DNA of 64,000 bases from an uncultured Pseudomonadota bacterium (GCA_963770835.1 CAVYRH010000011.1:32001-96000); one strand, 5' to 3'. Shown: positions 30,014 to 41,808, numbered from the stretch's first letter. Notes: generated by a model from the sequence alone, not told the origin. Translations and numbers: made by a program.

Positions 30014-30670
30014 ATGCCCAAAGCCAATGTTTACAATTCAACGGGTCAATCGACTGGTCAAGTCGAATTGCCGGATATTCTTTTTGGCGTCAAACCACGC
30101 CCACATCACTTGTGGCGTAGCGTGACTACCCATTTGTCCAACCAAAGGTTGGGAACGGTTAAAACCAAGGGCAAAGGAGAAGTGTCTGGCGGCGGAAAGA
30201 AGCCCTTCAAGCAAAAAGGTACCGGTAATGCTCGGCAGGGATCCATCCGTGCCGTCCAATTTGTAGGCGGTGGTATCGCTCACGGTCCCAAACCGCGGGA
30301 TTATTCCTTGGGTTTGCCGAAAAAAATGCGGCAGCAGGCTTTGGCGGAGTCGCTTTCTGATAAAGCGCTTCAGGGGAAGGTTATGGTGATCGAGAGCCTC
30401 AAGTTTGACGCTCCTAAAACCAAGCAAGCAGTCGGCTTGTTAAAAAGTCTCGGGCTTAACGGACAAAAATGTCTGATTGTGATCGATACGGCAAACCCGG
30501 ACACTTTTAAGAGCTTTCGGAACCTGCCTAAAACAAAAGTTCTTTTCAAGGAAAACCTTAATACCTATGAAATCATGAACCACGATGTCTTGGTTTTGAC
30601 CCAAGGCACACTGAAACAGTTAACCGAATCTAAATCAAAGCTTTCCTCGGACAAGGAGAAAGCGCCGTGA
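30014..30670 (+). CDS. rplD: 50S ribosomal protein L4
   Basis: QKGTGNARQGS, GGGIAHGPKPR. Confidence 0.97.
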   Translation: MPKANVYNSTGQSTGQVELPDILFGVKPRPHHLWRSVTTHLSNQRLGTVKTKGKGEVSGGGKKPFKQKGTGNARQGSIRAVQFVGGGIAHGPKPRDYSLGLPKKMRQQALAESLSDKALQGKVMVIESLKFDAPKTKQAVGLLKSLGLNGQKCLIVIDTANPDTFKSFRNLPKTKVLFKENLNTYEIMNHDVLVLTQGTLKQLTESKSKLSSDKEKAP

Positions 30671-30963
30671 AAAAAATACAGGATGTTATCGTCCGTCCGT
30701 TGATCACTGAAAGAAGCACCCTCTTGAAGGAAAAAAACAAGTATTCCTTCGAGGTGAATCCTTCAGCCACAAAACAAGAAATTAAAAACGCGGTAGAAAC
30801 TATTTTCAAAAAAGAGAAGGTGGAAGTTTTGAAAGTGAATACCACTAACCTGCCAGCTAAGATCCGGCGGTTGGGGCGCAGCTTCTCCAAGCCTTATCGC
30901 TGGAAAAAGGCGATTGTGACTTTGAAGCCGGGCCAAAAAATTGAATTTTTCGAAGGGGCTTAA
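30667..30963 (+). CDS. rplW: 50S ribosomal protein L23
   Basis: [13 protein letters not shown]; operon order. Confidence 0.96.
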   Translation: MKKIQDVIVRPLITERSTLLKEKNKYSFEVNPSATKQEIKNAVETIFKKEKVEVLKVNTTNLPAKIRRLGRSFSKPYRWKKAIVTLKPGQKIEFFEGA

Positions 30964-30968
30964 AATTC

Positions 30969-31793
30969 ATGGCCATTAAAGCTTACAAACCTACTTCCGC
31001 GGGCCGCCGGGCGATGACGGCCATTGTGGGCGAAAATTTAACCAAAAAGGCACCGGAAAAGTCTCTGGTGGTTGCCTTGAAATCCACCGGTGGGCGTAAT
31101 ATGCACGGCCGTATTACCAGCCGTCACCGCGGGGCGGGACATAAACGCCAATACCGTTTAATTGATTTTGGCCGGGAAAAGGCGGGCATGACGGCGAAAG
31201 TTTTGTCGCTCGAATATGATCCCAATCGATCTTCCCGGATCGCTCTATTGCAATATTTGGACGGTGAAAAAAAATATATCCTGGCCCCTGAGGGGTTGCA
31301 GGTGGGTGATCAGGTTCTAGCGGGCCAGGGCGCGGACGTGAAACCCGGTCACGCAATGAAGTTAAAAGACATTCCGATGGGGTCCATGATCCACAATATT
31401 GAAATTCGTCCGGGAAAGGGCGGGCAGATGGTCCGCTCGGCCGGTGCTGTTGCGCAGTTGATGGCCCGTGAGGGGGACTACGCCACCGTAAAGCTGCCTT
31501 CCGGCGAGATGCGAAAAATCCATATTGAGTGTGTGGCTTCCATCGGCCAGGTGGGAAATCTGGACCATAACAATGTGAGTATTGGCAAGGCTGGCCGCAT
31601 GCGCTGGATGGGCGAGAGGCCTCAGTCCCGCGGAGTGGTAACCCGTCCGGGCGACGGTCATCCCATGGGCGGCGGTGAGGGAAAGACTTCAGGTGGACGC
31701 CATCCGACCACGCCTTGGGGGAAACCGACCAAGGGTTACAAGACGCGCCAAAACAAGCTGACGGATAAATATATCGTCAAGCGGCGTAAATAA
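30969..31793 (+). CDS. rplB: 50S ribosomal protein L2
   Basis: [25 protein letters not shown]. Confidence 0.98.
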   Translation: MAIKAYKPTSAGRRAMTAIVGENLTKKAPEKSLVVALKSTGGRNMHGRITSRHRGAGHKRQYRLIDFGREKAGMTAKVLSLEYDPNRSSRIALLQYLDGEKKYILAPEGLQVGDQVLAGQGADVKPGHAMKLKDIPMGSMIHNIEIRPGKGGQMVRSAGAVAQLMAREGDYATVKLPSGEMRKIHIECVASIGQVGNLDHNNVSIGKAGRMRWMGERPQSRGVVTRPGDGHPMGGGEGKTSGGRHPTTPWGKPTKGYKTRQNKLTDKYIVKRRK

Positions 31794-31810
31794 AGAAGAG
31801 GTCTAAGACA

Positions 31811-32098
31811 ATGAGCCGATCCATTAAAAAAGGTCCTTATGTGGACGCGAAGCTCTTAAAACTGATCCAAAAGATGAACCGTGCAAACGACAAGAAAGTA
31901 GTCAAGACTTACGCGCGGCGCTCCACGGTCCATCCTGAAATGGTGGGACACACCTTCGCCATCCACAATGGCAGAAAATTCATCCCCATTTTCATTACGG
32001 AAAACATGGTGGGGCATAAGCTGGGTGAGTTCGCCCCGACTCGCACTTTCAAAGCCCACGGGACGGTTAAGACTGAAAAAGCCGTTGCTTTGAAATAA
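31811..32098 (+). CDS. rpsS: 30S ribosomal protein S19
   Basis: [15 protein letters not shown]. Confidence 0.98.
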   Translation: MSRSIKKGPYVDAKLLKLIQKMNRANDKKVVKTYARRSTVHPEMVGHTFAIHNGRKFIPIFITENMVGHKLGEFAPTRTFKAHGTVKTEKAVALK

Positions 32099-32124
32099 GC
32101 GATAGGGAACGAAAGGTATTCAAC

Positions 32125-32475
32125 ATGCAAGCACAGGCTATTTCTCGTTATACGCGGGTAACCCCGCGAAAAGCCCGGCAAGTGGTGGAGCTCATCCGCA
32201 GGAAACCTGTGGCGGAAGCCTTGAATATCCTGGCTTTCACCAAAAAACGGGCGGCTGGCGAATTGGCGAAAATTTTGAAAGCGGCTGTTTCCAACGCGGG
32301 CCAAAATACCCGGGTTGATGTTGACAAGCTGGTCATCAAATCAATCCAGGTGGATGGCGGACCCATGATGCGAAACACCCGCCGGTTCATCCCCCGGGCC
32401 ATGGGACGGGCTAGCGCGATTCACAAACGGACGAGTCACATTAAAGTAGTTGTTTCGGACGAAGCTAAAAACTAG
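32125..32475 (+). CDS. rplV: 50S ribosomal protein L22
   Basis: PRKAR, PRAMGRA, KRTSHI. Confidence 0.97.
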   Translation: MQAQAISRYTRVTPRKARQVVELIRRKPVAEALNILAFTKKRAAGELAKILKAAVSNAGQNTRVDVDKLVIKSIQVDGGPMMRNTRRFIPRAMGRASAIHKRTSHIKVVVSDEAKN

Positions 32476-32497
32476 AGAAGGATTGGGGAGGCGTTTT

Positions 32498-33247
32498 TTG
32501 GGACAGAAAATAAACCCGATTGGTATAAGGGTCGGAATCACCCGTGATTGGGATTCCCTTTGGTTCAATGCCAAGCAAAAAATCTATACCCAGACGCTTT
32601 TAGAGGATATTGAGATCCGGAAGTTCGTCAAATTGCGCTTGCGGCATGCCGGCATCGCCCGCGTTGTCTTGAAGAGGAAGGGCGAAACAGTGGAAGTTGA
32701 CATCTTTGCTTCCCGCCCCGGCATTGTCATTGGAAAGAAGGGTTCGGAGGTTGATAAGTTGAAGGAAGAGCTGCAACGACTAACTAAAAAAGAAGTCCGA
32801 ATCAATATCAACGAGGAAAAACATCCCGAAACAAATGCCCAATTGATTGCCGAGGGTGTGGCGGGACAGCTGGAAAAGCGGGTCGCCTTCCGCCGGGCCA
32901 TGAAAAAGGCCATCCAAGGAGCTTTGGACGGGGGGGCCAAGGGTATCAAGATCATGTGCTCCGGCCGTTTGGCGGGCTCGGAGATCGCCCGTACGGAATG
33001 GTACCGCGAGGGACGGGTTCCCCTTCACACCCTTCGGGCGGACATTGATTTTGGTTTCGCAGAAGCCAGTACTACCTACGGGAAAATTGGCGTCAAGTGT
33101 TGGGTTTTCAAGAGGGAGATTTTCGGGGCCAAGGACAAACAAGAAGAACCGGTGACGACGAAACCGAAGACGGGTCTGCGGGATACGCGGGAAAAAAAGC
33201 CAGTACAGCCCAACGCACCGACGAAGACCACCGTTGCCCAAAGTTAA
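32498..33247 (+). CDS. rpsC: 30S ribosomal protein S3
   Basis: TTG start; [21 protein letters not shown]. Confidence 0.97.
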   Translation: MGQKINPIGIRVGITRDWDSLWFNAKQKIYTQTLLEDIEIRKFVKLRLRHAGIARVVLKRKGETVEVDIFASRPGIVIGKKGSEVDKLKEELQRLTKKEVRININEEKHPETNAQLIAEGVAGQLEKRVAFRRAMKKAIQGALDGGAKGIKIMCSGRLAGSEIARTEWYREGRVPLHTLRADIDFGFAEASTTYGKIGVKCWVFKREIFGAKDKQEEPVTTKPKTGLRDTREKKPVQPNAPTKTTVAQS

Positions 33248-33262
33248 GTGAGGACTTAAACC

Positions 33263-33682
33263 ATGTTAATGCCCAAACGCGTGAAATACCGCAAAACCAT
33301 GAAAGGCCGAATGCGAGGCCACACCAAGAACGGTGCCGCTTTCGCTTTCGGGGAATATGCCTTGAAATCACAAGGAGCTGGATATGTTACCGACCGGCAA
33401 ATCGAGGCGGCGCGCGTGGCCATCAACCGCCATATGAAGCGAGTGGGGAAATTATGGGTGAGAATTTTTCCGGACAAACCCATCACCCGCAAGCCCGCAG
33501 AAGTCCGTATGGGCGGTGGAAAGGGAGCGCCAGACCATTGGGCGGCTGTCGTCAAGCCAGGGCGGATTTTATTCGAGTTGAGTGGGTGTCCGGAGTTGGT
33601 GGCCCGAGAAGCCTTTCAACTGGCTTCCCATAAGCTTCCTGTCATGACGAAGACCATCTCGCGCGCTCAGGTAGGGGGATAA
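33263..33682 (+). CDS. rplP: 50S ribosomal protein L16
   Basis: [16 protein letters not shown]. Confidence 0.98.
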   Translation: MLMPKRVKYRKTMKGRMRGHTKNGAAFAFGEYALKSQGAGYVTDRQIEAARVAINRHMKRVGKLWVRIFPDKPITRKPAEVRMGGGKGAPDHWAAVVKPGRILFELSGCPELVAREAFQLASHKLPVMTKTISRAQVGG

Positions 33683-33684
33683 AA

Positions 33685-33888
33685 ATGAAATCCAAAGAAG
33701 TCCGTGAACTCAGTATTGACCAGTTGAAACAGCAGTTGATCTCCAAAGAAGAAGAACTTTTCAATTTGAAGATTCAACTGGCGACTAAACAGCTTGAAAA
33801 TCCTATGAAAATACGGGAAGCCCGCCGCAATGTGGCGCGCTTGAAAACCATTTTGCGGGAAAAAGAAAAAGGCTTTAAGGCCTCGTGA
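33685..33888 (+). CDS. rpmC: 50S ribosomal protein L29
   Basis: ELFNLK, RRNVARLKT; operon order. Confidence 0.95.
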   Translation: MKSKEVRELSIDQLKQQLISKEEELFNLKIQLATKQLENPMKIREARRNVARLKTILREKEKGFKAS

Positions 33889-33898
33889 GGAGAGATTC

Positions 33899-34198
33899 AT
33901 GACAGAAGAAGGAAAAAAATCCCATGAGCGCCCCCAGGCGCGGGTTAAAACGGCGGTTGTTTTAAGCCGGAAGATGGACAAGACGGCGGTGGTATCCATC
34001 GAGCGTTTGGTCAAGCATCCGCTTTACCAAAAATTAATCCGCAAACGAAGCAAGTTCAAGATTCACGACCCGAAGAACGAGACCAAGAAAGGGGACGTGG
34101 TGCTCGTGGCCGAAACCCGTCCGATCAGCGCCGACAAACATTGGAGACTGGTCAAAATCCTGAAGAAGGCCGTTGAAATCGAGGAGGCTAAGGTATGA
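33899..34198 (+). CDS. rpsQ: 30S ribosomal protein S17
   Basis: KMDKT, HPLY, ETRPIS. Confidence 0.97.
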   Translation: MTEEGKKSHERPQARVKTAVVLSRKMDKTAVVSIERLVKHPLYQKLIRKRSKFKIHDPKNETKKGDVVLVAETRPISADKHWRLVKILKKAVEIEEAKV

Positions 34199-34563
34199 TC
34201 ATGCCTCAAACCATGCTGAATGTGGCGGATAATAGTGGCGCCACCAAGATCATGTGTATCCATGTGCTGGGCGGAACCAGGCGGCGCTACGCGGCCATTG
34301 GCGACGTCATTGTGGCTGCCGTGAAGGAAGCCATCCCTGGCGCTGGAGTCAAAAAAAGCGAAGTGGTGCGGGCGGTCATTGTCCGCCAACGCAGGGTTTT
34401 TACCCGCCCCGACGGTTCGAACATCCGTTTTGATGAGAACGCAGCCGTCATCATCAATGATCAATTGAATCCCCGTGGAACCCGTATTTTTGGGCCCGTA
34501 ACCCGCGAATTAAGGGAAAAGAATTTCATGAAAATCATTTCACTGGCTCCGGAGGTTTTGTAA
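34195..34563 (+). CDS. rplN: 50S ribosomal protein L14
   Basis: [22 protein letters not shown]. Confidence 0.98.
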   Translation: MIMPQTMLNVADNSGATKIMCIHVLGGTRRRYAAIGDVIVAAVKEAIPGAGVKKSEVVRAVIVRQRRVFTRPDGSNIRFDENAAVIINDQLNPRGTRIFGPVTRELREKNFMKIISLAPEVL

Positions 34564-34566
34564 GTC

Positions 34567-34893
34567 ATGCACGTTCATCGCGAAGACACGGTTGTGGTAT
34601 TGACGGGGAAAGACCGGGGCAAGAAGGGACGAGTGATCCGCCTATTTCCCAAGGATGACAAGGCCTTGGTTGAAAAAGTGAACATGGTTAAGCGTCATAT
34701 TCGCCCGAACCAAAATCCACAATTCCCCCAGGGTGGGATCATGGAGAAGGAATCGTTAATCCACACCTCTAATTTACAGGTGGTGTGCCCCAAATGCGGT
34801 AAGGCCACCCGCATTGCGCACAAAGTGTTGGCGAGTGGACAAAAGACCCGGGCGTGCAAAAAGTGCGGTGAAATTTTGGATAAGGAAAAGTAA
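34567..34893 (+). CDS. rplX: 50S ribosomal protein L24
   Basis: [11 protein letters not shown] motif; operon order. Confidence 0.96.
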   Translation: MHVHREDTVVVLTGKDRGKKGRVIRLFPKDDKALVEKVNMVKRHIRPNQNPQFPQGGIMEKESLIHTSNLQVVCPKCGKATRIAHKVLASGQKTRACKKCGEILDKEK

Positions 34894-34894
34894 G

Positions 34895-35449
34895 ATGACG
34901 ACGAAGACGATTTTAAAAGAGAAATATTCGAAGGAAATTATCCCCGCTTTGATGAAGAAATTTGACATCAAGAATTCTATGCAGGTTCCCAAGGTGGAAA
35001 AGATCGTCATTAATGTTTGTGTTGGTAAGGCGGCCTCGGAAAATAACATCAAGCTGTTAGACATGGCGGTCGATGAACTTTCTATGATCAGCGGCCAAAA
35101 GCCGGCTATCACGAAGTCCAAAAAGGCTATTTCCAATTTCAAACTTAGGGCAAACCAACCCTTGGGAGCTAAGGTGACACTTCGGGGAGACCGTATGTTT
35201 CAGTTCATGGAGCGTCTTTTCATGGTAACTTTCCCCCGCATCCGTGATTTTAGGGGGGTTCCCACCCGTTCCTTTGATGGCCGGGGTAATTACACACTGG
35301 GGTTGAAGGAACAGATTATTTTTCCCGAGATCAATTTTGACAATGTTCAGTCCATTCACGGCATGGACATTACTTTCGCGACCAACGCCAAAAACGACGA
35401 GCAGGCCAAGGAATTGTTGAAGCTGCTTGGCATGCCCTTCCGGAACTAG
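34895..35449 (+). CDS. rplE: 50S ribosomal protein L5
   Basis: [23 protein letters not shown]. Confidence 0.98.
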   Translation: MTTKTILKEKYSKEIIPALMKKFDIKNSMQVPKVEKIVINVCVGKAASENNIKLLDMAVDELSMISGQKPAITKSKKAISNFKLRANQPLGAKVTLRGDRMFQFMERLFMVTFPRIRDFRGVPTRSFDGRGNYTLGLKEQIIFPEINFDNVQSIHGMDITFATNAKNDEQAKELLKLLGMPFRN

Positions 35450-35457
35450 GAGATTTC

Positions 35458-35643
35458 ATGGCCAAGAAATGTTTAGTGAACAAGCAAATGAGAAAGCCGA
35501 AGTTCAAGGTGCGGGCTTACCACCGGTGTAAACTTTGTGGTCGGCCCCGAGGCTTTTTAAGGCGCTTTGGAATGTGTCGCATTTGCTTTAGAAGCCTCGC
35601 CGGGGAGGGAAAAATCCCTGGTGTCGTCAAAGCCAGCTGGTAG
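35458..35643 (+). CDS. rpsN: 30S ribosomal protein S14 (type Z, Zn-binding)
   Basis: RCKLCGR...[14 protein letters not shown]. Confidence 0.97.
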   Translation: MAKKCLVNKQMRKPKFKVRAYHRCKLCGRPRGFLRRFGMCRICFRSLAGEGKIPGVVKASW

Positions 35644-35662
35644 GTTTAAGGAGAACGAATTT

Positions 35663-36064
35663 ATGTCCATGACGGACCCGATCGCAGACATGTTGACCAG
35701 GATTCGCAATGCGAATCATACGTATAAAGAAAAGGTGGATGTCCCCTTTTCCAAACTCAAGTTGGAAATAACACGTATCCTTTCGGAAGAGGGCTTCATT
35801 AAGAATTATAAGGTGGTTGAGGACAAGGGAAAACCCGCCCTTATTCGAATCTCCATGAAGTACGGCGACAAAAGGGAAAGGGTGATTTCCAATATTAGCC
35901 GGATGAGTCGGTCAGGCCGCCGGGTTTATTCGGGTAAGGCGCGGATTCCTAAAGTCATTGGGGGCTTGGGCGTGGCTATTCTTTCAACCTCCAAGGGTAT
36001 TTTGACCGACCAACAGGCTCGCCGGCAGGGCGTGGGTGGGGAAGTTCTTTGTTTGGTGCACTAA
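35663..36064 (+). CDS. rpsH: 30S ribosomal protein S8
   Basis: [18 protein letters not shown]. Confidence 0.98.
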   Translation: MSMTDPIADMLTRIRNANHTYKEKVDVPFSKLKLEITRILSEEGFIKNYKVVEDKGKPALIRISMKYGDKRERVISNISRMSRSGRRVYSGKARIPKVIGGLGVAILSTSKGILTDQQARRQGVGGEVLCLVH

Positions 36065-36096
36065 TACTAGGATTGAAGATTTAATTAGGAGAAGTC

Positions 36097-36666
36097 ATGG
36101 CACGTATCGCCAAAAAACCAATTGAGATCCCCCAGGGGGTCAAAATCAAGCCGGAAGGAAACCGGGTAACGGTAGAAGGGCCTAAAGGTTCTTTGAGCCA
36201 AGAATTGATGGCTGGAATTAAAGTGGACGTAAAAGAAAAAAACCTTTTGGTTATTCCGGTCGAGGCCGCCAACGTGGAGGCCAAGACCCTCAATGCCAGC
36301 CATGGACTTACCCACGCCCTGGTGAAAAATATGATCCTGGGTGTTACGACAGGTTTCGAAAAGAAGCTCGAGATCCAAGGGGTGGGTTACCGCGCCAATA
36401 TGGAAAAAGGAAAGCTCAATATGTCATTGGGTTTTAGCCATCCGGTGCTTATGGATTTGCCCAAAGGCGTTACCGTCGACATCGAGAAGCAGACGCTTTT
36501 AACCGTCAAAGGAATCGATAAATACTTGGTGGGTGAGACGGCGGCTAAGATCCGCCGTGTCAAACCGCCTGAGGTTTACAAGGGAACGGGTATTCGTTAC
36601 CTGGGCGAGTATGTAAGGAAGAAGGTCGGTAAAACCGGCGCTACCGGCAAAGCCGGAGCAAAATAA
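36097..36666 (+). CDS. rplF: 50S ribosomal protein L6
   Basis: GVGYRA, LGFSHP, PEVYKGTGIRY. Confidence 0.98.
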   Translation: MARIAKKPIEIPQGVKIKPEGNRVTVEGPKGSLSQELMAGIKVDVKEKNLLVIPVEAANVEAKTLNASHGLTHALVKNMILGVTTGFEKKLEIQGVGYRANMEKGKLNMSLGFSHPVLMDLPKGVTVDIEKQTLLTVKGIDKYLVGETAAKIRRVKPPEVYKGTGIRYLGEYVRKKVGKTGATGKAGAK

Positions 36667-36682
36667 GACGAGGAGTTGATCC

Positions 36683-37048
36683 ATGCCGTCGCAACACCAA
36701 AACATCAAACGGATCCGACGCCACGATCGGATTCGTAAAAAGGTCGCGGGGGATGTGCAAAGACCCCGATTAGTCGTTCACCGGGGCTCTAAAAATATTA
36801 CCGCCCAGATCATCGACGATTCCCAGGGAATCACCCTGGCGGCAGCTGCCAGTTTCGACCAATCCTTGCGAGGAAAATTGAAATACGGTGGCAATATCGA
36901 AGCGGCGAAGGCCGTCGGAGAACAAATCGCCAAATTGGCAAAGGAAAAATCAATCAGCCGTGTTGTGTTTGACCGCGGGGGTTATATTTTTCACGGTCGA
37001 GTGAGGGCTTTGGCAGAGGCGGCCCGACAAAATGGGCTTCAATTTTAG
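36683..37048 (+). CDS. rplR: 50S ribosomal protein L18
   Basis: [17 protein letters not shown]. Confidence 0.97.
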   Translation: MPSQHQNIKRIRRHDRIRKKVAGDVQRPRLVVHRGSKNITAQIIDDSQGITLAAAASFDQSLRGKLKYGGNIEAAKAVGEQIAKLAKEKSISRVVFDRGGYIFHGRVRALAEAARQNGLQF

Positions 37049-37062
37049 GAATAAGGAAGATT

Positions 37063-37575
37063 ATGGCTCGTATTGACTCATCCAAGCTGGATTTAAAAGA
37101 AAAAGTAGTCCATATCAACCGTGTGGCCAAGGTGGTTAAGGGTGGACGGCGGTTTAGCTTTTCCGTCCTCGTAGTGGTAGGTGACGGTCACGGCCATGTA
37201 GGAATTGGGACCGGGAAAGCCAGTGAAGTTCCGGATGCCATTCGCAAGGCAGTTGAGGACGCTAAAAAGAACTTGATCGTGGTGCCTTTGAAGGGGCTGA
37301 CCCTTTATCACGAGATTGTCGGTGTTTTCAAGGCTTCCCGCGTTATGCTAAAGCCGGCTGCACCTGGAACGGGTATCATCGCGGGCGGAGGAGTGCGTGC
37401 CGTTTGTGAACTAGCCGGTATCCATGATGTCTTAACCAAGTCCATTCGTTCGGACAACACTTTCAACGTGGTTCAAGCAACCCTGAGGGGTTTAAGGGAA
37501 ATCCGGTCACCCGAGGTAGTGGCGGCTTTGCGGGGAAAATCAGTTGAAAGTCTTATAGGAGTTCCAAAGTCATGA
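37063..37575 (+). CDS. rpsE: 30S ribosomal protein S5
   Basis: [23 protein letters not shown]. Confidence 0.98.
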   Translation: MARIDSSKLDLKEKVVHINRVAKVVKGGRRFSFSVLVVVGDGHGHVGIGTGKASEVPDAIRKAVEDAKKNLIVVPLKGLTLYHEIVGVFKASRVMLKPAAPGTGIIAGGGVRAVCELAGIHDVLTKSIRSDNTFNVVQATLRGLREIRSPEVVAALRGKSVESLIGVPKS

Positions 37576-37748
37576 GCGAATTAAAGATCCAATTGGTTAA
37601 AAGCCTGAATGGACGTCTGCCACAGCACGTTCGAATTGCCGAGGCGCTTGGTTTGAAGAAGATCCGACAGACAGTGGTAAAGCCTGATACTCCCGTGATA
37701 CGGGGAATGGTCGATAAAATCGGTTATTTGATTGAAATAAAAAAGTAA
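37572..37748 (+). CDS. rpmD: 50S ribosomal protein L30 (not in the ORF track)
   Basis: 58 aa read manually: [11 protein letters not shown]...[23 protein letters not shown]; lies between rpsE and rplO. Confidence 0.93.
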   Translation: MSELKIQLVKSLNGRLPQHVRIAEALGLKKIRQTVVKPDTPVIRGMVDKIGYLIEIKK

Positions 37749-37764
37749 AAACAAGGTTAGCGCT

Positions 37765-38202
37765 ATGAAAATGTCAGAACTGAAACCGGCGCGTGGCGCC
37801 GTAAAACGCCGCAAAATCATCGGGAAGGGCCCGGGGTCGGGCCATGGAAAAACTTCAACCCGGGGAAATAAGGGTCAAAATTCACGTACCGGTGGCGGGG
37901 TAAGACTCGGGTTTGAAGGTGGACAAACGCCCATTTACCGGAAACTGCCAATCCGTGGGTTTAAAAGTATTGATAAGACCTCCTTTGACGTTGTGAATGT
38001 CGAACAGCTCTCCTCTTTTGAAAATGGAAGCACCGTTACACCTGCGGAACTAGAAAAGAAGGGGTTCGTGGGCGGGGGTGAGCCCGTTAAAATCCTGGGA
38101 AATGGGGATTTGAAAACAAAATTGACGGTGAAAGCTCACGCTTTCAGCGCTTCTGCCATCGAAAAAATTAAAGCTGCAGGCGGAACGGCGGAGGTTCTTT
38201 AA
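37765..38202 (+). CDS. rplO: 50S ribosomal protein L15
   Basis: GSGHGKT, GFEGGQTP, KILGNG. Confidence 0.97.
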   Translation: MKMSELKPARGAVKRRKIIGKGPGSGHGKTSTRGNKGQNSRTGGGVRLGFEGGQTPIYRKLPIRGFKSIDKTSFDVVNVEQLSSFENGSTVTPAELEKKGFVGGGEPVKILGNGDLKTKLTVKAHAFSASAIEKIKAAGGTAEVL

Positions 38203-39540
38203 GTGTTCTCTGCCTTTCTAAATATTTTCCGGGTTCCGGAATTGAAAAGCCGGGTGCTTTTCGTTTTGGGAATATTGCTGGTTTACCGTATTGGCACCCA
38301 TATACCGGTTCCCGGGGTCAACATTGAAGCCCTGGCGGAGTCCTTTAAGAGTCAAAACAACGGAATTTTGGGTTTTTTGAACCTCTTTTCTGGAAACGCC
38401 TTGAAACAGGCCTCCATTTTCGCTCTTGGAGTCATGCCCTATATCAGTATGTCCATCATCCTCCAGCTTTTAACGGCCGTGATTCCCACGCTCGAAAAAC
38501 TTTCCAAAGAAGGTGAAATGGGCCGCCGTAAGATTACCCAATACACCCGTATAGGAACGGTGGCTTTGTGCCTTATCCAAGGGACTGGTACCACCTATTT
38601 ATTCAAGAATTTTGGTGAAAACGTTGTTTACCATTGGGGACTCGGGTTTCAAATTATGGCAGTTATGGCCCTGACAACTGGTACCGTTTTCATCATGTGG
38701 CTCGGGGAGCAAATCACCGAATACGGGATTGGAAACGGGATGTCTATTATCATTTTTTCCGGGATTGTTGCAGCCCTGCCGGGTCAAATCGCGGCTACTT
38801 TTCGTTTATTGCGGGTTAACCAAATCAGCCTGGTGGCGGTGATTGTATTCGGCGTTTTTACCCTGTTGACGATTGGCTTTATTGTCGTTTTGCAACAAGG
38901 TGCCCGGAAAATCCCGGTTCAATACGCAAACCGCGTGGTGGGGAACCAGGTCTTTAAAGGACAATCCACCCAGTTGCCGCTGAAAGTTGATTATTCAGGA
39001 GTTATTGCCGTTATTTTCGCTTCCTCCATCCTTGTTTTTCCATCAACAATTGCCAAATATGTCCAAAATATTCCTGCGGTTGCTACCGATCAGGGTTGGG
39101 CTTATAACCTCATGGATTTCATTATCCGAAATTTTTCGCCGGGGGCTTTTGTTTATTATGTTTTGTATTCCGCTTTAATCGTCTTTTTTTGCTATTTTTA
39201 CACTGCCATTGCTTTTAACCCGACCGATTTGTCGGAAAACATGAAAAAATATGGGGGATTCATTCCGGGCATCCGTCCTGGTCAACCCACGGCGGAATTT
39301 ATTGACCGAACCTTGACACGGATCACCATCTGGGGAGCTTTGGCGGTTTGTGTTGTCGCGGTGTTGCCCGATTTGTTAGTCCGACAACTTCATATCCCCG
39401 TTTATTTCGGCGGGACCTCCCTTTTGATTATCGTGGGAGTGGCCCTGGACACCATGAAACAAATTGAATCCCATTTGTTGATGCGACATTACGACGGTTT
39501 TATGAAAAAAGGCCGCTTAAAAGGGCGGAGCGCATTTTAA
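38203..39540 (+). CDS. secY: Preprotein translocase subunit SecY
   Basis: SIFALGVMPYI, GIGNGMS, IPGIRPG, GGTSLLI. Confidence 0.98.
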   Translation: MFSAFLNIFRVPELKSRVLFVLGILLVYRIGTHIPVPGVNIEALAESFKSQNNGILGFLNLFSGNALKQASIFALGVMPYISMSIILQLLTAVIPTLEKLSKEGEMGRRKITQYTRIGTVALCLIQGTGTTYLFKNFGENVVYHWGLGFQIMAVMALTTGTVFIMWLGEQITEYGIGNGMSIIIFSGIVAALPGQIAATFRLLRVNQISLVAVIVFGVFTLLTIGFIVVLQQGARKIPVQYANRVVGNQVFKGQSTQLPLKVDYSGVIAVIFASSILVFPSTIAKYVQNIPAVATDQGWAYNLMDFIIRNFSPGAFVYYVLYSALIVFFCYFYTAIAFNPTDLSENMKKYGGFIPGIRPGQPTAEFIDRTLTRITIWGALAVCVVAVLPDLLVRQLHIPVYFGGTSLLIIVGVALDTMKQIESHLLMRHYDGFMKKGRLKGRSAF

Positions 39541-40196
39541 TGAGAATTATTCTTTTGGGGGAACCGGGAGCAGGCAAGGGAACCTATTCGGCCGAAATGG
39601 TCAAGAAATACGACATTCCCCAAATCTCGACGGGGGACATGCTCCGAGCAGCCGTCAAAGCGGGAACACTCTTGGGTCGGCAAGCCCAGGAATTCATGAA
39701 AAAGGGAGAATTGGTACCCGATGCGGTTGTGATAGGTTTAATCCAAGAACGTATCCAGCAAAGTGACGCCGCGAATGGTTTTATTTTGGATGGCTTCCCG
39801 CGAACGGTGCCTCAGGCTCTCAGCCTTGAAAAAATGCTGGAAAGCATGAACATCAGTCTGTCAACTGTTTTGAAAATAGAAGTAAATAAGACAACCCTCT
39901 TGCGAAGGCTTACTGGTCGCCGAGTGTGCCCAGGTTGTGGCGCCACTTATAACATTGACACCATGAAACCGAAAAAAGAAGGGATTTGCGACAAGTGTGG
40001 CAAAGAATTGATTCAGAGACCTGATGACCGTCCTGAAACCATTGAGAATCGGTTGACTGTTTATCAAAAAGATACGGCTCCTCTCATCGAATTCTATGAA
40101 AAAAAAGGCCTGTTGAAGCGTGTCCCCTGCGAGGGTGAATACCAGGAGGTTTTGGGGCGCCTTTTCAGCGCGCTTGAAAAACCGGCGAAAGTTTAG
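39540..40196 (+). CDS. adk: Adenylate kinase
   Basis: GEPGAGKGT, STGDMLR, LDGFPRT, Zn lid. Confidence 0.97.
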   Translation: MRIILLGEPGAGKGTYSAEMVKKYDIPQISTGDMLRAAVKAGTLLGRQAQEFMKKGELVPDAVVIGLIQERIQQSDAANGFILDGFPRTVPQALSLEKMLESMNISLSTVLKIEVNKTTLLRRLTGRRVCPGCGATYNIDTMKPKKEGICDKCGKELIQRPDDRPETIENRLTVYQKDTAPLIEFYEKKGLLKRVPCEGEYQEVLGRLFSALEKPAKV

Positions 40197-40942
40197 TGAT
40201 TACTCTTAAGTCGCAATCTGAATTGAAGCTGATGAAAACCAGCGGCAAGATCGTCGGGCAAGTCTTGATCGAGCTGGAAAAAAAGATCAAACCTGGTGTA
40301 ACGACCCAGGAATTGGACAAGTTCGCTTACGAATTTTTTAAGAAGAATGATTGTGTTCCTGCTTTTTTGGGTTATCACGGTTATCCCGCGACCATTTGTA
40401 CTTCGGTGAACGACCAAGTGGTCCATGGGATTCCAGACAAGCGGACTTTAAAAGAAGGCGACATCGTAGGGATTGATGTTGGCGCTTTTTACAAAGGTTA
40501 TTGTGGGGACTCGGCGCGGACTTTTCCCGTCGGCAAAGTTGGGCCGGAGATTCAAAAACTGCTCCAAGTTACCTATGAGAGTCTGGACAAGGGAATCGAA
40601 CAATGCCGCGTGGGTAACAGGATTTCCGACATTGGATGTGCGGTCCAGGAATACATTGAAGCCAAGGGTTATTCAGTCGTGAAGGACTATGTTGGACACG
40701 GCATCGGACAAGCCATGCACGAAGAGCCCCAGGTTCCCAATTACGGGAAGCCCCATCAAGGGCCCAGGCTGGTGGAAGGGATGTGCCTGGCTTTGGAGCC
40801 CATGGTAAATATGGGCGGTGATGAAGTCCGGGTTTTAGAGGATGGCTGGACAGTCGTGACGAAAGATGGTAAATTCTCCGCCCATTTTGAGGACACCATC
40901 GCCATCTTGGTAGAGGGTCCGGAAAACTTGACGAGGATTTAA
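40196..40942 (+). CDS. map: Type I methionine aminopeptidase
   Basis: [26 protein letters not shown]. Confidence 0.97.
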   Translation: MITLKSQSELKLMKTSGKIVGQVLIELEKKIKPGVTTQELDKFAYEFFKKNDCVPAFLGYHGYPATICTSVNDQVVHGIPDKRTLKEGDIVGIDVGAFYKGYCGDSARTFPVGKVGPEIQKLLQVTYESLDKGIEQCRVGNRISDIGCAVQEYIEAKGYSVVKDYVGHGIGQAMHEEPQVPNYGKPHQGPRLVEGMCLALEPMVNMGGDEVRVLEDGWTVVTKDGKFSAHFEDTIAILVEGPENLTRI

Positions 40943-40974
40943 ACCGCCCCCTTGAAAGGGGTTTTAAGAGGCTT

Positions 40975-41193
40975 ATGGCAAAGGAAGAAGCGATTTCGGT
41001 GGAGGGAACGGTCATTGAGGCCCTTCCCAACGCCAGTTTTAGGGTGGAATTGGAGAACAAACACGTGGTTTTAGCCCACGTATCGGGAAAAATGAGGATG
41101 AACTTTATCCGGATTCTTCCAGGGGATCGGGTGACGGTTGAACTTTCCCCTTACGATTTGAACCGGGGCCGTATTACTTACCGGTTCAAATAG
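40975..41193 (+). CDS. infA: Translation initiation factor IF-1
   Basis: [20 protein letters not shown]. Confidence 0.98.
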   Translation: MAKEEAISVEGTVIEALPNASFRVELENKHVVLAHVSGKMRMNFIRILPGDRVTVELSPYDLNRGRITYRFK

Positions 41194-41230
41194 CATTCTC
41201 AAAGGATTTATTTTAGGAAGGATTAAAAAC

Positions 41231-41344
41231 ATGAAGGTGCGGTCATCTGTAAAACCGATTTGTGATAAATGCAAGGTCATCCGCCGCCGTGGGGTGGTCC
41301 GGGTTATTTGCACGAACCCGAAGCACAAACAACGGCAAGGATAA
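41231..41344 (+). CDS. rpmJ: 50S ribosomal protein L36 (not in the ORF track)
   Basis: [37 protein letters not shown] read manually. Confidence 0.97.
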   Translation: MKVRSSVKPICDKCKVIRRRGVVRVICTNPKHKQRQG

Positions 41345-41357
41345 TCAAGGAGAATTT

Positions 41358-41738
41358 ATGGCTCGAATCGCTGGGATTGATTTACCCAAGGAAAAACGAA
41401 TTGAAATCGCCCTGACTTACATTTATGGAATCGGGTTAGCTCTATCGAAGAAGGTTCTTGTGAAAGCCAGCGTGAATCCTAATGTTCGGGTAAAAAACTT
41501 AAAGGATGACGAAATCGCCCGTATCCAAAACACTATCAACAGCGAAAACTTAAAGGTGGAAGGCGATTTGCGCCGGGAAGTTTCTATGAATATCAAGCGT
41601 TTGATCGATATCGGCACCTACCGGGGAAGCCGTCACCGGAAAGGTCTTCCCGTAAGAGGACAACGGACGAAGACGAATGCGCGGACTCGCAAGGGGCCGC
41701 GGAAGACGGTTGGAAGCGGCCGGAAGAAGGAAGAGTAG
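41358..41738 (+). CDS. rpsM: 30S ribosomal protein S13
   Basis: [23 protein letters not shown]. Confidence 0.98.
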   Translation: MARIAGIDLPKEKRIEIALTYIYGIGLALSKKVLVKASVNPNVRVKNLKDDEIARIQNTINSENLKVEGDLRREVSMNIKRLIDIGTYRGSRHRKGLPVRGQRTKTNARTRKGPRKTVGSGRKKEE

Positions 41739-41808
41739 TGATTTTCTGAAATTTAGGTGCCCCTCGAATGACGGGCAAGAAGTTAAGGATGGATTAAGGA
41801 GAAAAAGA

